From Octopus vulgaris (lineage: Eukaryota), in the NCBI GenBank assembly GCA_951406725.2, contig OX597821.1:31062001-31126000 (forward strand): 64,000 nucleotides of DNA, in the 5' to 3' direction. Every line of letters begins with the position of its first letter. Within the stretch, counting starts at the first letter, position 1. The notes below the pieces were generated by a model that was not told where the DNA came from, ran no database searches, and was given only the letters and a program-made list of their open reading frames with translations. Below are positions 1 through 14,505 of this stretch, one piece after another. The position numbers and the translations under genes were made by a program.

Positions 1-364
1 AGTACCATTTATTACAATGTTAAGTAGCTAAACTTTTCCTGCATCTTATAATTAACCATTTTTATAGATTGTGTTTTAGAAGATATTTATTAAGTTTGCG
101 CTATATTATGTTAAAGTAAGATTAATATTTTGCTATTCAATAGCCATAATAAAACCTTGAAAGGGTTCCATTAAGTAAAAGCAATCCATTCACCACTTAA
201 CAATTGCTGTAAGTTTTATTACCTTAGCGCTTTCTTAGTGCTATGAACCTCTCTGAATTAAAATATTTACAAGCAATTTAATATTTTTAAACAACATTGA
301 AACTACCAACTGTTTAAGACTTAGTGAGCATTCATTTTTGATTAAAATAATTATTATCGTGACA

Positions 365-596
365 AGGCGGCTAGCTGGCAGAAACGTTAGCACGCCGGGT
401 TAAATGCGTAGCCGTATTTCGTCTGTCGTTACGTTCCGAGGTCAAATTCCGCCGAGGTGGACTTTGCCTTTCATCCTTTCGGGGTCGAAAAATTAAGTAC
501 CAGTTATGCACTGAGGTCGATGTAATCTATTTAATCTCTTTGTCTGTCCTTGTTTGTCCCCTCTGTGTTTAGCCCCTTGTGGGTAATAAAGAAATA
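365..596 (+). mobile_element. tRNA-derived SINE, family A (aaggcggcgagctggcagaa...ggtaataaagaaata)
   Basis: Pol III A-box-like (agctggcagaa) and B-box-like (ggtcaaattcc) head. 13-bp TSD tattatcgtgaca at 352-364 and 597-609. Many homologous copies in the window. Confidence 0.9.
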
Positions 597-2723
597 TATT
601 ATCGTGACATGTGTATTCATGAATACAAAAAGACGCATCACTATTCTACCGTACAAATATTTTAGAAGTTTAACAGATGAAAAAAAAAGACAAATTGTCT
701 ACTGGTAGACAAGTGCCACCTCGGTGACTTGTTATACTTATGGTGAATTTGAGAAATCAAAATGTTGGATAATACCTCCCATGAAATTTGATTTTCATTA
801 TATATTCTTCACTCAGTTATTTCCCTTTGATAACGTCTAAAGTGCTAAAAACATCGATATCTGGGAATCTGACAGGGTGTGACACTGGAGAGGTAGAGGG
901 TTTTTACACCTTTTACCACAAGAGGCATTTCTTCTCCACGCTAACAGCGGTGAATTTGGTTTTTAGTAGTTGAAATATGATACAAATATTTTTAACTAAC
1001 CTAAAGTTCACTTATGAGTAAATAGTGTTTGCCACTGATATTACGATAATTTCCGCGACCTCGGCGGTCTACTGGCGCATATCAGTCAATGTTATTTTTT
1101 TAACTATATTTTATATAACGCCATGGTTTTAATAAGATCCGTCCAGAGTTGGTACTCTTAGGTATAACCCATTGATCTTGGCTAAAGTGCTAGAAAGCAT
1201 CGGTGTCTGGGACTCCGACACAGAGCGACACTGGAGAGATATAGCACTTTTCCAACATTTTACCATTAGAGAGAAATTATCTCTACGCTACCTGCCATGA
1301 AGTTACCTTTTAGCTGTTGAATTATGTCACAAACATATTTTAACTAACCTCGCTTGTACCTAAACACTGCTTGGCGCTGACATTACGGTAATATGTATAT
1401 ACCTCGTTACAACCGATTATTACACCACCACATATATTTTTTTTAAGGATGTAACTAATATGCAACTCTTTTTATCTCTACACGACTTTCTGGCCCTCAA
1501 ACATTTCTTTATAGAAATCATTTGAATAAACTACACACAAACACAAACGTTTGGTTTAACATATATATGTTTTTTTTTTGTTGTTATTACAGAAATATCT
1601 TAATGTGAATACTGAAAAGTCGAAGAAAACCTTGGATGTTTCACCTCTTTTGTGAAATCTACGAATAAAAACATGATGATCAACATTACACTTGTATGGG
1701 AGAATAATTTTAAAATCTAATTAAATTATATACCTTCATGAAAGAGTAAGCTATTGCATATTTTTGTATGGAGCTGTTGTTTATCCAAAGGTCTGATATC
1801 CATAAAAATATACAATTACGTGATAACTTGATCAGAGGAAATCTAAGATAGAAGTCCTCTTAATATTAAGTCGTAGACTAGAAAGGCTGAAACACAGGAG
1901 TACTAAAACTATATGCAACACAAGTCCGCTCGATTTTCTTTGAATAAGATCATCCATGATTGCTCAACGAAACAAAATTATCACTAAAAACATGAGGTTA
2001 CATTAATTTAAAGATATTAACTAAGAGAAAATTAATTATGAAAGAAATAATTCGAAACTATTTCGGGAATGTTTTCTTCACAGACAAGAGTTTTTGAACA
2101 AATCAACTTCTGGGCAATAATTTCTATTATATAATGGGCGATTACCCGGAACTAACTGAAAATAGTACTTGTCCAGTCATGGAATTTCAATATCTAAATA
2201 GTCGCTATATAATACTGTTTGGCACAGTTAAACATGAATCAATATATATTATAAGGTAGGAAATACTAACGGATCATATACACCTTAGCTTACTACACCA
2301 AGTTTATTCCTGATACCATTTTAAAAATATTTATTCATTTAAATGTGAGGCTCTATTTGAGAACTCTAGCGTGTTTGGATTCTTAATAGTTCGCTTTTCT
2401 TCACTATATCATTATATGGTGCCATCTATTATATACAAAGCTTGTGTTGATAAAGCCAACACACGTATTTATATATACTTCATATCCTATAAACACGTAT
2501 TAACATATATTATAAAGCCTATAAACACAAGTTTATATTTCAATATTACGTAAAATCCAAACGTGCACTCATACAAATATGTGTGTATGTGTGTAATAGA
2601 AATAGCAGTAGAGAATACACTGAGTTTTCTTCAAATAAATAAACAGCACGTTAATGTGCGCAAATCTGCTACTTTGAGCAAACACAGACGCTGACACTCG
2701 CACAAACATAATATACTAACGTG

Positions 2724-2738
2724 AGTGTGTGTGTGTGG

Positions 2739-2780
<42 letters not shown>
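2724..2780. repeat. (GT)n microsatellite
   Basis: Direct reading. Confidence 0.95.
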
Positions 2781-2786
<6 letters not shown>

Positions 2787-4067
2787 AAAGATGTGTAAAT
2801 TTACTTGTGCATCTCCACGCATTTGTGAGGATATATACAGATGCGCACACAAACATACATTTCACACAACTAGATATTCCAGAAAACAATGAATTGAAAT
2901 CTATACAAAGCGCTTTATACTTTGTTGATCTTGTTTTCATCGAGTAATTCAAGTTCTTTTTTTACGTGATTAGTTGTTATTTGGCTTAACCTCAGGATGA
3001 GCATGAAGTTACATTGCGGCTCAATTTGAAGTTTGATCTTACTGTATTGTAACTCAATATAACAATCTAGTGTTGAAGGCTTCATCAATTACGTGAACTC
3101 ATTTTGACAACACATTAGTGACCATTTTGCAGTTCATTTTAGAGGGAGATTGCCATAAATTACGGATAATTAACTTTAATAAATGTAATTATTGTTTTCA
3201 ACATATTGACAGTTTGACCCTGCATAAATCATTTTATGACTAAAAACATGAATATTAATAAATATTAAAGTAGAATGATTTTTCTGTCTATATTTATTTA
3301 TGATTAGAGGAATGCATTTACTAAATTAGCCATTTGGCATAACATTGGCATTATTGCCTGAAATATATATTCGTATAAGCCAACACAATATTAAACGTAA
3401 GTTTTTCTCACTTTTGAATAATTTTCGAATTTTAACAGTCTATTTCATTATATGTTACAGAAGAAAATTCTAAAAGTATGCAAAAATCAGGTTCAAATTT
3501 TCTTCCATTGGAAGTTAATACAACCTATCCTTTATTGGATTTTTACTATGCTGCCATTTCCAAATATGTAATTTTGCATAGATTTGATGAAGTAATTGTC
3601 CGGACAATTTATTACATATTTATGAGCTATTTTTACATATTCTTGTCTGTTTGAATATATTCCTGTGGAGATTAGGCACTTTAGATTTATACCAAAATTT
3701 ATGAAGTGGCAATTCATTGTAGACACGTATAAATATTTATTAAAAACCGTTTATTTCGGCAGGTTACATTAATTTACTTCATAGATTACGAAATGTATTT
3801 CGAAGACAGATACAGAAAGCGTTGTTACATACATGTAGATACTGTCATTCAAACAAACGACAGCATATAAAACTTACATATATATGTAGAGTGTCGGGAC
3901 AAGAGACAACTGTATTTAATGATATATAAAGAACTTTATAGCATCGAAAATTTATGCAGCTGCTAGCTTACGGAGAATATGGGTCTCAGTTGAATATAAA
4001 GATATTTGCTCAGTCAAACGGTTGGTTATAAGACTGCCTGTTTCGATTCTACTATGTAAAACTGCTT

Positions 4068-4072
4068 ACACG

Positions 4073-4104
<32 letters not shown>

Positions 4105-4148
4105 CACACACATCCACACACATACACACACACACACACTCTCTCTCA

Positions 4149-4197
<49 letters not shown>
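4068..4197. repeat. Compound (CA)n/(TA)n microsatellite
   Basis: Direct reading. Confidence 0.95.
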
Positions 4198-4200
<3 letters not shown>

Positions 4201-5009
4201 CACCGAAGCAGCATACTACCAGCTACTTTCCAACCACGTGGTCATCTGTAATGTGTCTGATGTCGCAGAATGCCGACCTCTTTTTTAACACCATCATGAG
4301 AACCCCTTTGGTCACTGACAGTCTAAATTTCAGTAGGCATCATGAACTTCCAGCAATAATTCATTCGGTTACTTGAAATGGAAATTAGCTAGGTTTCTAC
4401 ATGAAGCCTGTGAAATGTTAAGTTACAGGAGGCGAATCAAACTTTTGAAATAATTCACACACACACACACACACACACACACGCATATACACACGCAAAC
4501 GCACACACGCACACACAAACGCACGCACGCGCGCGCGCACACAGACACATACAAACAAATGGTATTATATTGCTCAAGTTGCGGCTAGTATTAATATGCA
4601 TATTAATATTTCGCCATTGCATGATCCAAAATGTTTCAATGTGTGTGTGAAGGGCTATAGAATTGATATCATATACACTACTAAATTAAAGAGCGAGGGA
4701 CTTTAAAAGATCACCTTAGGAGATGAAGTTAGCACCTATGAGGTACAGATGCAGGATGACTCGAATCAGTTGTATTGACTGGATGTAAATGCATATATAC
4801 ATATGTATATACTTACATTCACATACACTGACTTTATTAAGGAACTATACTATCATTCTATTTAAGAAGTTTCATACATTCTTTTTTCAGCAAACAACAA
4901 ATTACTCTCGGCTCTTGCATTATAAATTTCACCTCTGCTTAGAATCCACCTCCTCTATTTTTGACGTCAGAATTTTCATTTAAGTATCTCCACTGCCATA
5001 AAATAAAAA

Positions 5010-5340
5010 AAAATAATTCCTCACACGTTCCATCTTTCATTTACCCACGGTCTCCACCTCTACATCTACCTCAGTCTCTTCCACATTCATATCAAGCACT
5101 CCATATCTTACTTCTTATTCCGTGTACTTTCACTGTCTTTATTGCTTCAACTCGGGTATAAAGAGATAATTCCCAAACTTCATCCCATATACTTACTTCC
5201 AACTCTACTGTCTGATGCCTATTTATTCTGCACCTTACTTTTGCAATAGCCTTCCTTCATCCCAAGCCATTGCTATAATACCTCTCAGGCACACTGTAAA
5301 TATTTCCTAACCACCCAACGGAGAGCAGTCACCACGTTCC
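5010..5340 (-). mobile_element. Highly degraded L1/Tx1-type ORF1 relic
   Basis: Purine-rich minus strand. Translation RCRGGDRG*MKDGTC resembles the decayed zinc knuckle (RCFKCGEKGHVRSEC) seen intact at 41224-41265. Confidence 0.35.
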
Positions 5341-6468
5341 AACTTTTACTTTAAAAAGGCTTCTCGGGTTCGGTGTAATGCAAAAAATAGCATTTTATGA
5401 TTTTATTACAAGGGACTGAAACTTATGTTTTCGAAGTACACTTCCTAACGACACGACCTATGCTGAAGGAAAAAATATTTTGCTCTTATACATTGCAGTA
5501 GTAGGACTACGAAAGGCAAACTTTTCATTAACGTGAATGAATAAAATTATTAAAATTTCTCATTTCATACAAAAGATCATTATGTCTTTGAAAGATGCAA
5601 TTCTAAATAGCTCTCGATTTATTTATACCTTACCTCAGTTTACTTGCATCATTGCATATCCCTCTGAACAGGTCTGTCGATGTAACTTTGCAAAGAATGT
5701 ACAATATTGTAAGTTGTTACACCTTAAATATTTTGCAAAATGGATTATATATAAGTTAATATATTCTTAGTCTTTAGTATATAGAAATATCTCTTTTCTA
5801 ACTTTACAAAATATGTTATAGCTATAAATGTTACTTGGAGAAGCGAAGAGTCACAAAATAACGTAATATAATTTTAGACGTATGGAGTAAAATACTTGTC
5901 AAAAAAATGGTATTTGAGGGAGGTCATAAATATTGACTGATATCATTCTCATGGTAAATGTTATATTTCAAGAAAGCTATTTAGACATTTAATGGAAAAC
6001 GAAAGCATAAAATTTCCGAACGGTAAATTAATATTCAAAGATATGACCGACGTTTGCAACATTGAACGCTATTCGTCTGCAGTAAAAGAGAAATGATAGG
6101 ATGTAGATATAAATGGATATAACGAATTTTCGAAAAGAAAAAAAATGCATTGTTCTGTATCAAAAATGCGAAAATCAGAGAGAAAGCCATATCATTAACT
6201 AAGTTAGGAAAAGCAATGATCATTTCTGTGGTCGCACATTATTCTACAATTATTATCCAATACCTCTAAATTACAGCCTAGAGTTGCAATAGAATTATTC
6301 TGTGGATAATTTCGTTCTAGATATAGAAAGTCAAAAGTACACGCAGAACGTGATATCTCGAACACGCGTCATTTTAAATCCTTTCAGTAGAGAAGTGCAG
6401 TGAGCAAGCAAATGAAATAATAGCAATAAGCAGGAAACTACGTTAAATATATGTGCATACGTGTATGT

Positions 6469-6780
<312 letters not shown>

Positions 6781-6999
6781 GAACAGCTCCACCGACCACT
6801 TTGAAGTTATAATGACTACAAACCTCGACTCGCCCACTATACCCACTTGCTCTGAGCTCTCTAAGGGCAGCAAGCGCGAGAAACTATGATTTGTACCACC
6901 CCTCTCCCTCCAAATAAAATCTTTACCTGAACATTTCTTTACAATTCTAAACTCTCATTTCTCACCACAGCATAAATATTAGCCCGTCTTCAATAAATC

Positions 7000-9225
7000 T
7001 GACCAATGAGGGAATCTTGTATACCACCTAGGGCAAAGAACATATTTAAAGCAACAGGGGCAAGCACCAACTATGGGAAACTGTAACCAACTATTATACT
7101 AACATTATACTTGATCCCTGCTTCATAAACAATATAAATGTCATCCATAATTTGAAAGTGAACCGACTCTAGTGTCGGATCTCAACATAATAGAGCTGAC
7201 CATATATTGTCAAAAGGAGCCCACAGACATGCAACGTATAAAACACATGCAACATCTATCCAATCTGAATTACTACAAAGCAGACTGGAAATCTACAGAG
7301 AAAGAAATCATCAAACAGGCTTGCTCTCAATCTCTCTCTACACTTGAAATCGACATGAAATTAAAAATATTCATTTCCATAATACAAGCCATATGCTACA
7401 GTTTTATTCCAGAGAGAAAGGCTTCAGCACATAAAAATAAGATTCACAGGGACAGAAAATTTCTTATGAGACGGCATACAAATTATGCCAAGAAACTGAC
7501 TCCATGCGTTGCAAAGTAGAGTCATTCCTCTAAAAGTATGATTCGCTCACGGGAAGCCTAATGAGGATATGTGAAACACTGAGTGAACAATTCAAAAATA
7601 TCTTTTATTCACCCTTACGGCACATGCAAATTAACAAACCTTATTAGCACTACAGAAGTAGAAGGGGAGGCAGTTACAATTGATTACATCAACATCAAAG
7701 AAGAGGATGTAATACTGGTAATAGATAACAGAGAGGCAATGTCAGCTACTGATCCCGATGGATTCCAACAATCCTTCTCAAGTCAAGCAAATGAATCCTT
7801 CCAAACCGCTGGAGTTTCTTTTCAGAGCTTCTTTACAAAAGGTGAGATCCCGAGTAAACGTCCTTATTTACAAAGGAAGAAGCATAGCAGATGCTAAGTA
7901 CTATAGGCCTATCACACTGACATCACGCATCAGCAAAATCGTGGAACGAATAATGCGAAGGAAATATGTTGCATTCCTTGAAGAGAATGACTTGCTGACA
8001 AACACCCAGCTCAGTTTTGAACCAGGTAAAAGCTGCCTATATAGCTCCTGCAGCCATTCGACCAGTTGCTAAAGCAGCTGTAGAACAACTCAAATGTGGA
8101 TGTGATATATATTGACTTTGAAAAGCCTGTGGAAGAATCGACCATGTTATGATATCTTACAAGCTGCGAAATCTTGGCATAGTTGGAAAACTTTGAGAGT
8201 AGCTACAATACTTCCTCAAAGATAGAAGTCAGAAAGTTGTGACCAAAGTGGCCACTTCCAACGAAATACAAATAATGAGTGGCGTTCTCACAGAACACTG
8301 TCTCGGAGCCGTTGCTAATCGTAGTGGCCCTCTCAGAAATGCCCTCAGATACTCGTGTACCCACCCTTGCTAGCAATGCAGATGATACGAAGGATTCGCA
8401 GATAATTCAGAACCCTGAAGGCATAGCGCATCTGTAACGGTAGATGGATGCATTATACAAGTGGGATGAGGAAAATAACATGCAGTTTAATAATCGAAAA
8501 TTCCAAGCCCTGCGAAACCAATATATCTTTGCAGGTGCATATTATTAACCTGGCAATAAAATAAAGACGATTGGCCAGATGGGTCCTTCGAACTCTCAGA
8601 AGAAAGAACAGGAAACCACGAATGTCCTCTGGAGGACATTCGTCTTCAGCCGTTTGTGTTACTGCTCCCAAATGTGGTCACCACACTGTAAAATTAACCA
8701 CAGACCTAGAAGCAATCTCGCGAAGCTACATAAAGAAGATCGCCTTAATACGAAGTCTCAGTTACGGGAAGACTCTACTCCCTAGAACGAAGTCGGTGAA
8801 GATACCTAGTAATATAGATTTGGATAACCCTAAAAGTACTTGTACCAAACTTTGGCATGGTCAGTTACACACACATTAGAACGGGGTGCCAATACATAGT
8901 ACCAAAAATCCCAACATTCCCATCAGGATACAGGACAAGATACTTCAACAGCTTGGGCGTCAAGTGCCCATACACCTTCAATAACCTCCTACAAAGCGTA
9001 CAACATGTGGTGGTTATAGGTATCTTCAAAACGAAACTAGATCTTACCGTGTCAAGTGATACGGATGAACATAACCTGAGTCAAGAAACACAGATGAAGG
9101 CAGAAAGATCAAGCTTCTTCATTCACAAAATGCAACACATCAGATGAGGTTTAGTGAAAGTATAGCAAAGCAAACGGTATTGCCCCAGTACGGCCACAGC
9201 TCTCGAACAGCAACTTGAAAAAAAG
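7000..9225 (+). mobile_element. Old CR1/L2-group LINE ORF2 pseudogene (end of APE endonuclease, RT, C-terminus, 3' tail)
   Basis: Frameshifted motifs: ILDPCFINN...SDLNIIEL (APE end), YYKADW, YRPITLTSRISKIVERI, VDVIYIDFEK, NADDTK, RLCYCSQMWSP, FKTKLD. Collinear with the younger LINE at 31956-33909. Confidence 0.9.
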
Positions 9226-9229
9226 TTTC

Positions 9230-9900
9230 CTACTCACCATGCCCAAATTAGGATCCAGTATTGCCTCTTCTGAGACAGGCAAACCTCAACGCCTGTATTA
9301 GACTATACAGTCCATCTCAGCGAGCCTCACCGAACACATCTAGTTGCAATAATACAACCCTTAGTAATCTCCCCCACCCCAACCGACTCAATAATACCAA
9401 CCTGAATCCTTCTCTCCACAAACTCATATGCAATAATACCCCTTCCCAATCCAATATTGCTACTGATTACATCTCCAGTTATTCTTTGCTGGTAGCGGAT
9501 CGTACGGACCTGACCTTCCCAATGATAAATTCAACCCGCAGGACAGGCAGGGAAATATACAATTACCGTGCGTCTCTACTCCGTCGGAGGTTTTGGACTA
9601 CGCAAAAATGTAGTCTACAAATGAGGTGCAGAAACACAACGTTCCGAACGAGCAACGATGTATATTAGCGGTACTGTTGATTTGTAGTCCGGCTATCAAC
9701 CACATATGTTTAGTCTACAATCCAAATTCTAAATTATGTATTTCCTTAGCAACTTCTAAACACAACCGTAAATGCCAAACGTCACCTATAATTTATCCTG
9801 CTCCATCGTAAGAAAGGCTCCCCCATACAACGCTAGCCGCAACATGTGTAAATTTTATTTAAGGGCATCTTCCCATCTTTTGCAGCCAGAATCCCTATTT
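9230..9900 (+). mobile_element. C-rich degraded retroelement relic, possibly gag-like ORF1 of an I/Jockey-group LINE
   Basis: Strong C/A strand skew. Remnants such as RRF..TQKCSLQMRC and later Cys/His are reminiscent of triple zinc knuckles. Family not certain. Confidence 0.3.
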
Positions 9901-9949
9901 ACTTAAAAGATACTCAGATGTAAAACACAGGTTATACTCATAGTTTGCC

Positions 9950-10150
9950 CATTTGGATTTGGTAGACGGAAACTAAAAACAGCCGGAAGCTGAAAGAAAC
10001 CCGTTGTATATATATATATATATGTATATATATACATATACATATGTACATATAAATATGTGTGTGTGTGTGTGCACTTATGTATTCATGTGTGTATTTT
10101 TGTATAGTATCATTTAATTACTGCTTGTCGCACCTGCATCAGCTTACAAA
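9950..10150 (+). mobile_element. SINE family B internal fragment
   Basis: tggatttggtagacggaaact...aagaaacccgttgtata followed by a TA/GT tract, matching the middle of 24969-25412. Confidence 0.7.
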
Positions 10151-11060
10151 TTTTGGGGCTCATAGCACAAACCTAACTTCTCAGATGTCTACAGGGAGAG
10201 TAACTGATGAAACGTGTGCAAGAAGTCTTCTGTATGTTAGACCTCTATTAGTCATCTCTGGGTATGTGTGATGTTGGTCTCGAAGCGACATTAGTTATTT
10301 TCATCAGTTTTCAGTTGACGCAATATCTGGAGGCTGTATTCTGTTGTATTTACAGGCATCACTTTATTGTATTAGAAGCAAGTGTTAAGTAACGTGCCCT
10401 TGTACATTGAGCATGCAGAACTAAGGTCATTAACACTGACGACAACAACAGGGATACTGCTGGTGGGTGGCTGTGTGTAGTCTCTCGCAGAAACATACTT
10501 TGTTATTGCGAGTCACAGGTGAGTTCGGAAGGGTCCTGTCAGTGATATTCCATTCACTGTGGAGAAAATCGTTCCTGTGGTCATAGTGTCTCGAGATATG
10601 ACCAGACCTGAACATTACAGACAAGCCGAAAGCCTTGATAGTAATGAATAGCAATCATTATATCCTACTTGACCTAGACGTACTTCTGCCTGGTGGGAGA
10701 GTAGACAGCAGTCGTTTTAATGTAGCCGAGTGGCTAAAGTTTAGGTTGTTAGCTGTGTCTCACGTTAAGAATCAATCTTGTGTAAAAATAGTTATTTGTG
10801 CATGAAATGTGTTAAAGTTTGTTAAATCTGGGTTTGTACCTTTCTATGAATGTATCCTCTTTGTTGTATGTCTTGTACTGTTTTTTCGTTGTTAAAATAA
10901 GTCCGTTTCCTTGTTTTCTTTTAATGTTTTCGTTTCTTGTTGTGTTCTACATTTATTTGTGGTGTTCTGTACCCATATATGCATGTATATATACATTTAG
11001 ATGTAGATATGTACATATATGTATGCATGTATGCATGCATATGTTTTATCTACTAAATTG

Positions 11061-11099
<39 letters not shown>

Positions 11100-11529
11100 T
11101 AAACACCACATACGCACACATGTGCAGGTATACATATATATGCAAAATGGTATGCAGATCCATTCTGCATAATCATGTGCTTCATATATGATCTGTTATT
11201 CAACAAATGTCTATACGGTTCATGAAATATTCCTGCATCGCATGTATTTAATTGTTTTCTTTTACTTTCATCCAGGGATTGCTACATTAAACGAAAATAT
11301 TTTACTTCGTTTTATCTTGAAACGGCTACCGCCTTTCTCGACAGAGATTATCTTGTACTCACATTCTGACTTTGAAAGCAAAATGTCAACACTAATATTT
11401 ATGTTTGAATAAACTCCATCAGTGTAAGTAGTAAAGAATTATTCCTACGTACAATGTTTTTCAAATTTGTTCGATAAAGTTCCATTCATATTAGGTGGAA
11501 TAACGTTTGATATCTAGATACTCTAACTA

Positions 11530-11788
<259 letters not shown>

Positions 11789-12426
11789 GTGTCGTATCCA
11801 ATGTATTTATATACAAATTTGATATACATCTCTGCATTAAATATTACACTTGTAGATTCTTAACCACGATTACACAGTTCTTTTGTAACATATTTCGACG
11901 AGATAGAGATTAGCAAGCTTTCAAAATCCATTTTCGTTCATATTTATTTTTCCCGTTTTGATTTGTTCCAAAAGCTAACCAATGAAATCTAGGGTTCGCC
12001 ATGTAAGAATACTTATGGTGAAGTACTTCACATAAGCATTTTGCAGAAACACAAGATGTGTATATCACTAACTGATGAATTACATATGGTTTGTCGTTTT
12101 AGAATGGGAAAACATTTGATAGAATAGAAAGATTACAAATTGTAATAACAGTTGCTTTGCGCATTTCTCAATATGTTTGCTAAATGGTATCATTCTGTAT
12201 TCTGGGACTGCTATCTGCTGTCGGTGTAGGGTTCATCTGCGTCTGAGCGATAATCGGGTATACCTATGTAGTTTTGGCGGCAGCCCGAGCAACTTATAAC
12301 ATAAACTCTGAGTAAGCTTTTGCTATATTTCTGCTGCTTTTATATAAACCATATTACTCTACCTCTGGTATTTGAGTATCCTTCTTTCCATCTTCTTTCA
12401 CATTTATGTACTTACTCCCGTATAAA

Positions 12427-12476
<50 letters not shown>

Positions 12477-12719
12477 GCACGCGCTGTCAGTAATTTTACG
12501 GGGTAGGCAGTTGGTGAGCTTTAGGTACTAAAACACACAAAAAATAAGCGAAATCCTGCATATGAATGGCAGATACGAATTATGCCTACCTAATCTACAA
12601 AACACCAACAAAATATGTTACATTTTATGTATAGTAATTAGAGCAAACTTCATAATTTTATTGAATTAGGTGCATATTTTGCCATAAAGGGAAAATGTTG
12701 CTATCAATCCATCTTATTC

Positions 12720-13024
12720 GGAGGCGCAATAACCCAGTGGTCAGGGAAGCAGACTCGCGATCGTAGGATCGCGGTTTCGATTCCCAGAGTGTTGTGAGTG
12801 TTTATTGAGCGAAAACACCCAAAGCTCCACGAGCCGCCGACAGGGGATGGTGGCGATCACTGCTGTACTCTTTAGCCACAACTTTCTCTCACTCTTTCTT
12901 CTGTTGGCCTGCTGAATTAGTCAGCGGGGTGGCGTCATTTGGAGGCTAAAACAATTCGAAGAGCATTGTGACCAGCGATGTCTAGCATCATATGAGAGCC
13001 TGGTCAGTCACGTGATCACGTGAT
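12720..13024 (+). mobile_element. tRNA-derived SINE, family C
   Basis: tRNA-like head (aacccagtggtcaggg...ggtttcgattccc) and tandem tail cacgtgatcacgtgat. Homologues at 18935-19162, 59026-59328, 59392-59693, 62869-63066. Confidence 0.88.
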
Positions 13025-13143
13025 ATTCTGTCTGGCATTCTGGTTATTTACTTTCTGCAAGTAATTGATTGTCTGTTCGTGTTTAGGATATAAAATATAT
13101 TTTTATATTCTTTGGTCGGTCGTAAGTATTCATACCAATATGT

Positions 13144-13222
13144 AATTCCTGACGAAGAATCTAACTTTTATTTCAAAAAGAGCTTTCGGAATTCATTAGA
13201 CACCGAAACAATTTGTATGATA
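13144..13222 (+). ncRNA. Hammerhead-ribozyme-like motif (type I, partly degraded)
   Basis: CTGACGA at 13149, extra A, stem II tctaa/ttaga, GAAAC at 13205, stem III ACA/TGT, GTA triplet. Stem I is imperfect. Confidence 0.55.
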
Positions 13223-13459
13223 CATATTTGTTTTGTACCAACTTGGAAATGGTTCGAAACTCAGTATTCACAGTTCAGCTACAGACTAATAGACGTCGAA
13301 ACTAACATAGCTAACCGACACGGCCAACTCTCCACCTCCGGACACATCATTCAGTCTTTATTGAATGTAATCGGTAAATCCAGCTTCATTCTCGTGCTTT
13401 TGTTCGGGATTCTTCCATAACACTGACAGTACATAGGAAATCTGTACGAGCCAAATCGT

Positions 13460-13528
13460 GAAGAAGAAAAAGAAGGAAGGAAGAGGGAATGAAGAATGAG
13501 GAGGAGAAGAAGAAGGGGGGTGAGGAGG

Positions 13529-13559
<31 letters not shown>

Positions 13560-13732
13560 GAAGACGAAAAGAAGAAGGAGCAGAAGAAGAAGAAGAAGAA
13601 GAAGAAGAAGAAGAAGAAGAAAAAGAAGAAGAAGAAGATAAAGAAGAAGAAAAAAGAAAAAGAAAAAGAAGAAGAAGATAAAGAAGAAGAAAAAAGAAAA
13701 AGAAAAAGGAGAAGAAGAAGAAGAAGAAGAAA
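13460..13732. repeat. (GAA)n-based polypurine tract
   Basis: Direct reading. Confidence 0.95.
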
Positions 13733-14104
13733 GCTCTACTTGTGTGGAATTGGGATATTATTTGTCGATTCCGACAGGAGGAACGGGAAAGTGGACATAG
13801 ATTTCACTTGAAATCTTACCTCAATTAGCAAGAAAATATATTTCAAGACATAGTACCGAACGCTCAAATATTTCTTCTAACATACTACCTGAAGCATATG
13901 TATATATATGAGTAGTTATTCTCCCAATGTATTCTGGTGAAATATGCAGATATAGAATGAAGGTTATGATAAATGAAGTGCATTCCGAGAAAATGCAAAT
14001 AATATGCATGCTTATGTTGTAAATATTCAAATTGTGTTTACCGAAATGATTATTTAGGAACACAAAAATATTTCATAAGTATGTACTGAGTATTGTCGTT
14101 AGTC

Positions 14105-14505
14105 TTGCCCAAACGACCTGAAAATTAGCTTCAAGGTTCATCTAAGGCTGGGACCACGGGCCATACGTCCCCTGCCCAATTCAGGATAACAGCATATATG
14201 TATACTGCAGCATAATTTCTTTTCCTCAACAGGCCCTGTCCTATTTAACATTGTCCCGAAAGAGATCAAGGAGGGAAAGGATCCCATCAACTTTAAACGG
14301 AGTCTGGATAGATTCCTTCAAGGAATACCAGATAAGCCACCCATAATTGGATACAACTCACCCAACAAAAACTAACTACTTGAATGGACCATAAACAAAA
14401 CTTGACTTAAACAGGATTTAGATAATCCTCTCAGGTGGTGCTATTAAGTTAGACATGGCCTGGACTAATCTTTGGTCGAAACGTATCTAAGTTTATCTAA
14501 GTTTA
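14105..14505 (+). mobile_element. 3' fragment of CR1/L2-group LINE (related to 31956-33909)
   Basis: Translates CPNDLKISFKVHLRLGPRAI...GPVLFNIVP...FKRSLDRFLQGIPDKP, aligning to ORF 33165-33833. Shares tail caggtggtgctattaagttag and ends in a (tatctaagtt) repeat. Confidence 0.9.

Noticed and set aside
12238-12317. Very degenerate hammerhead remnant (ctgagcga...taaactctgagta)
   Set aside because: Both core segments are mutated, so it was not counted.
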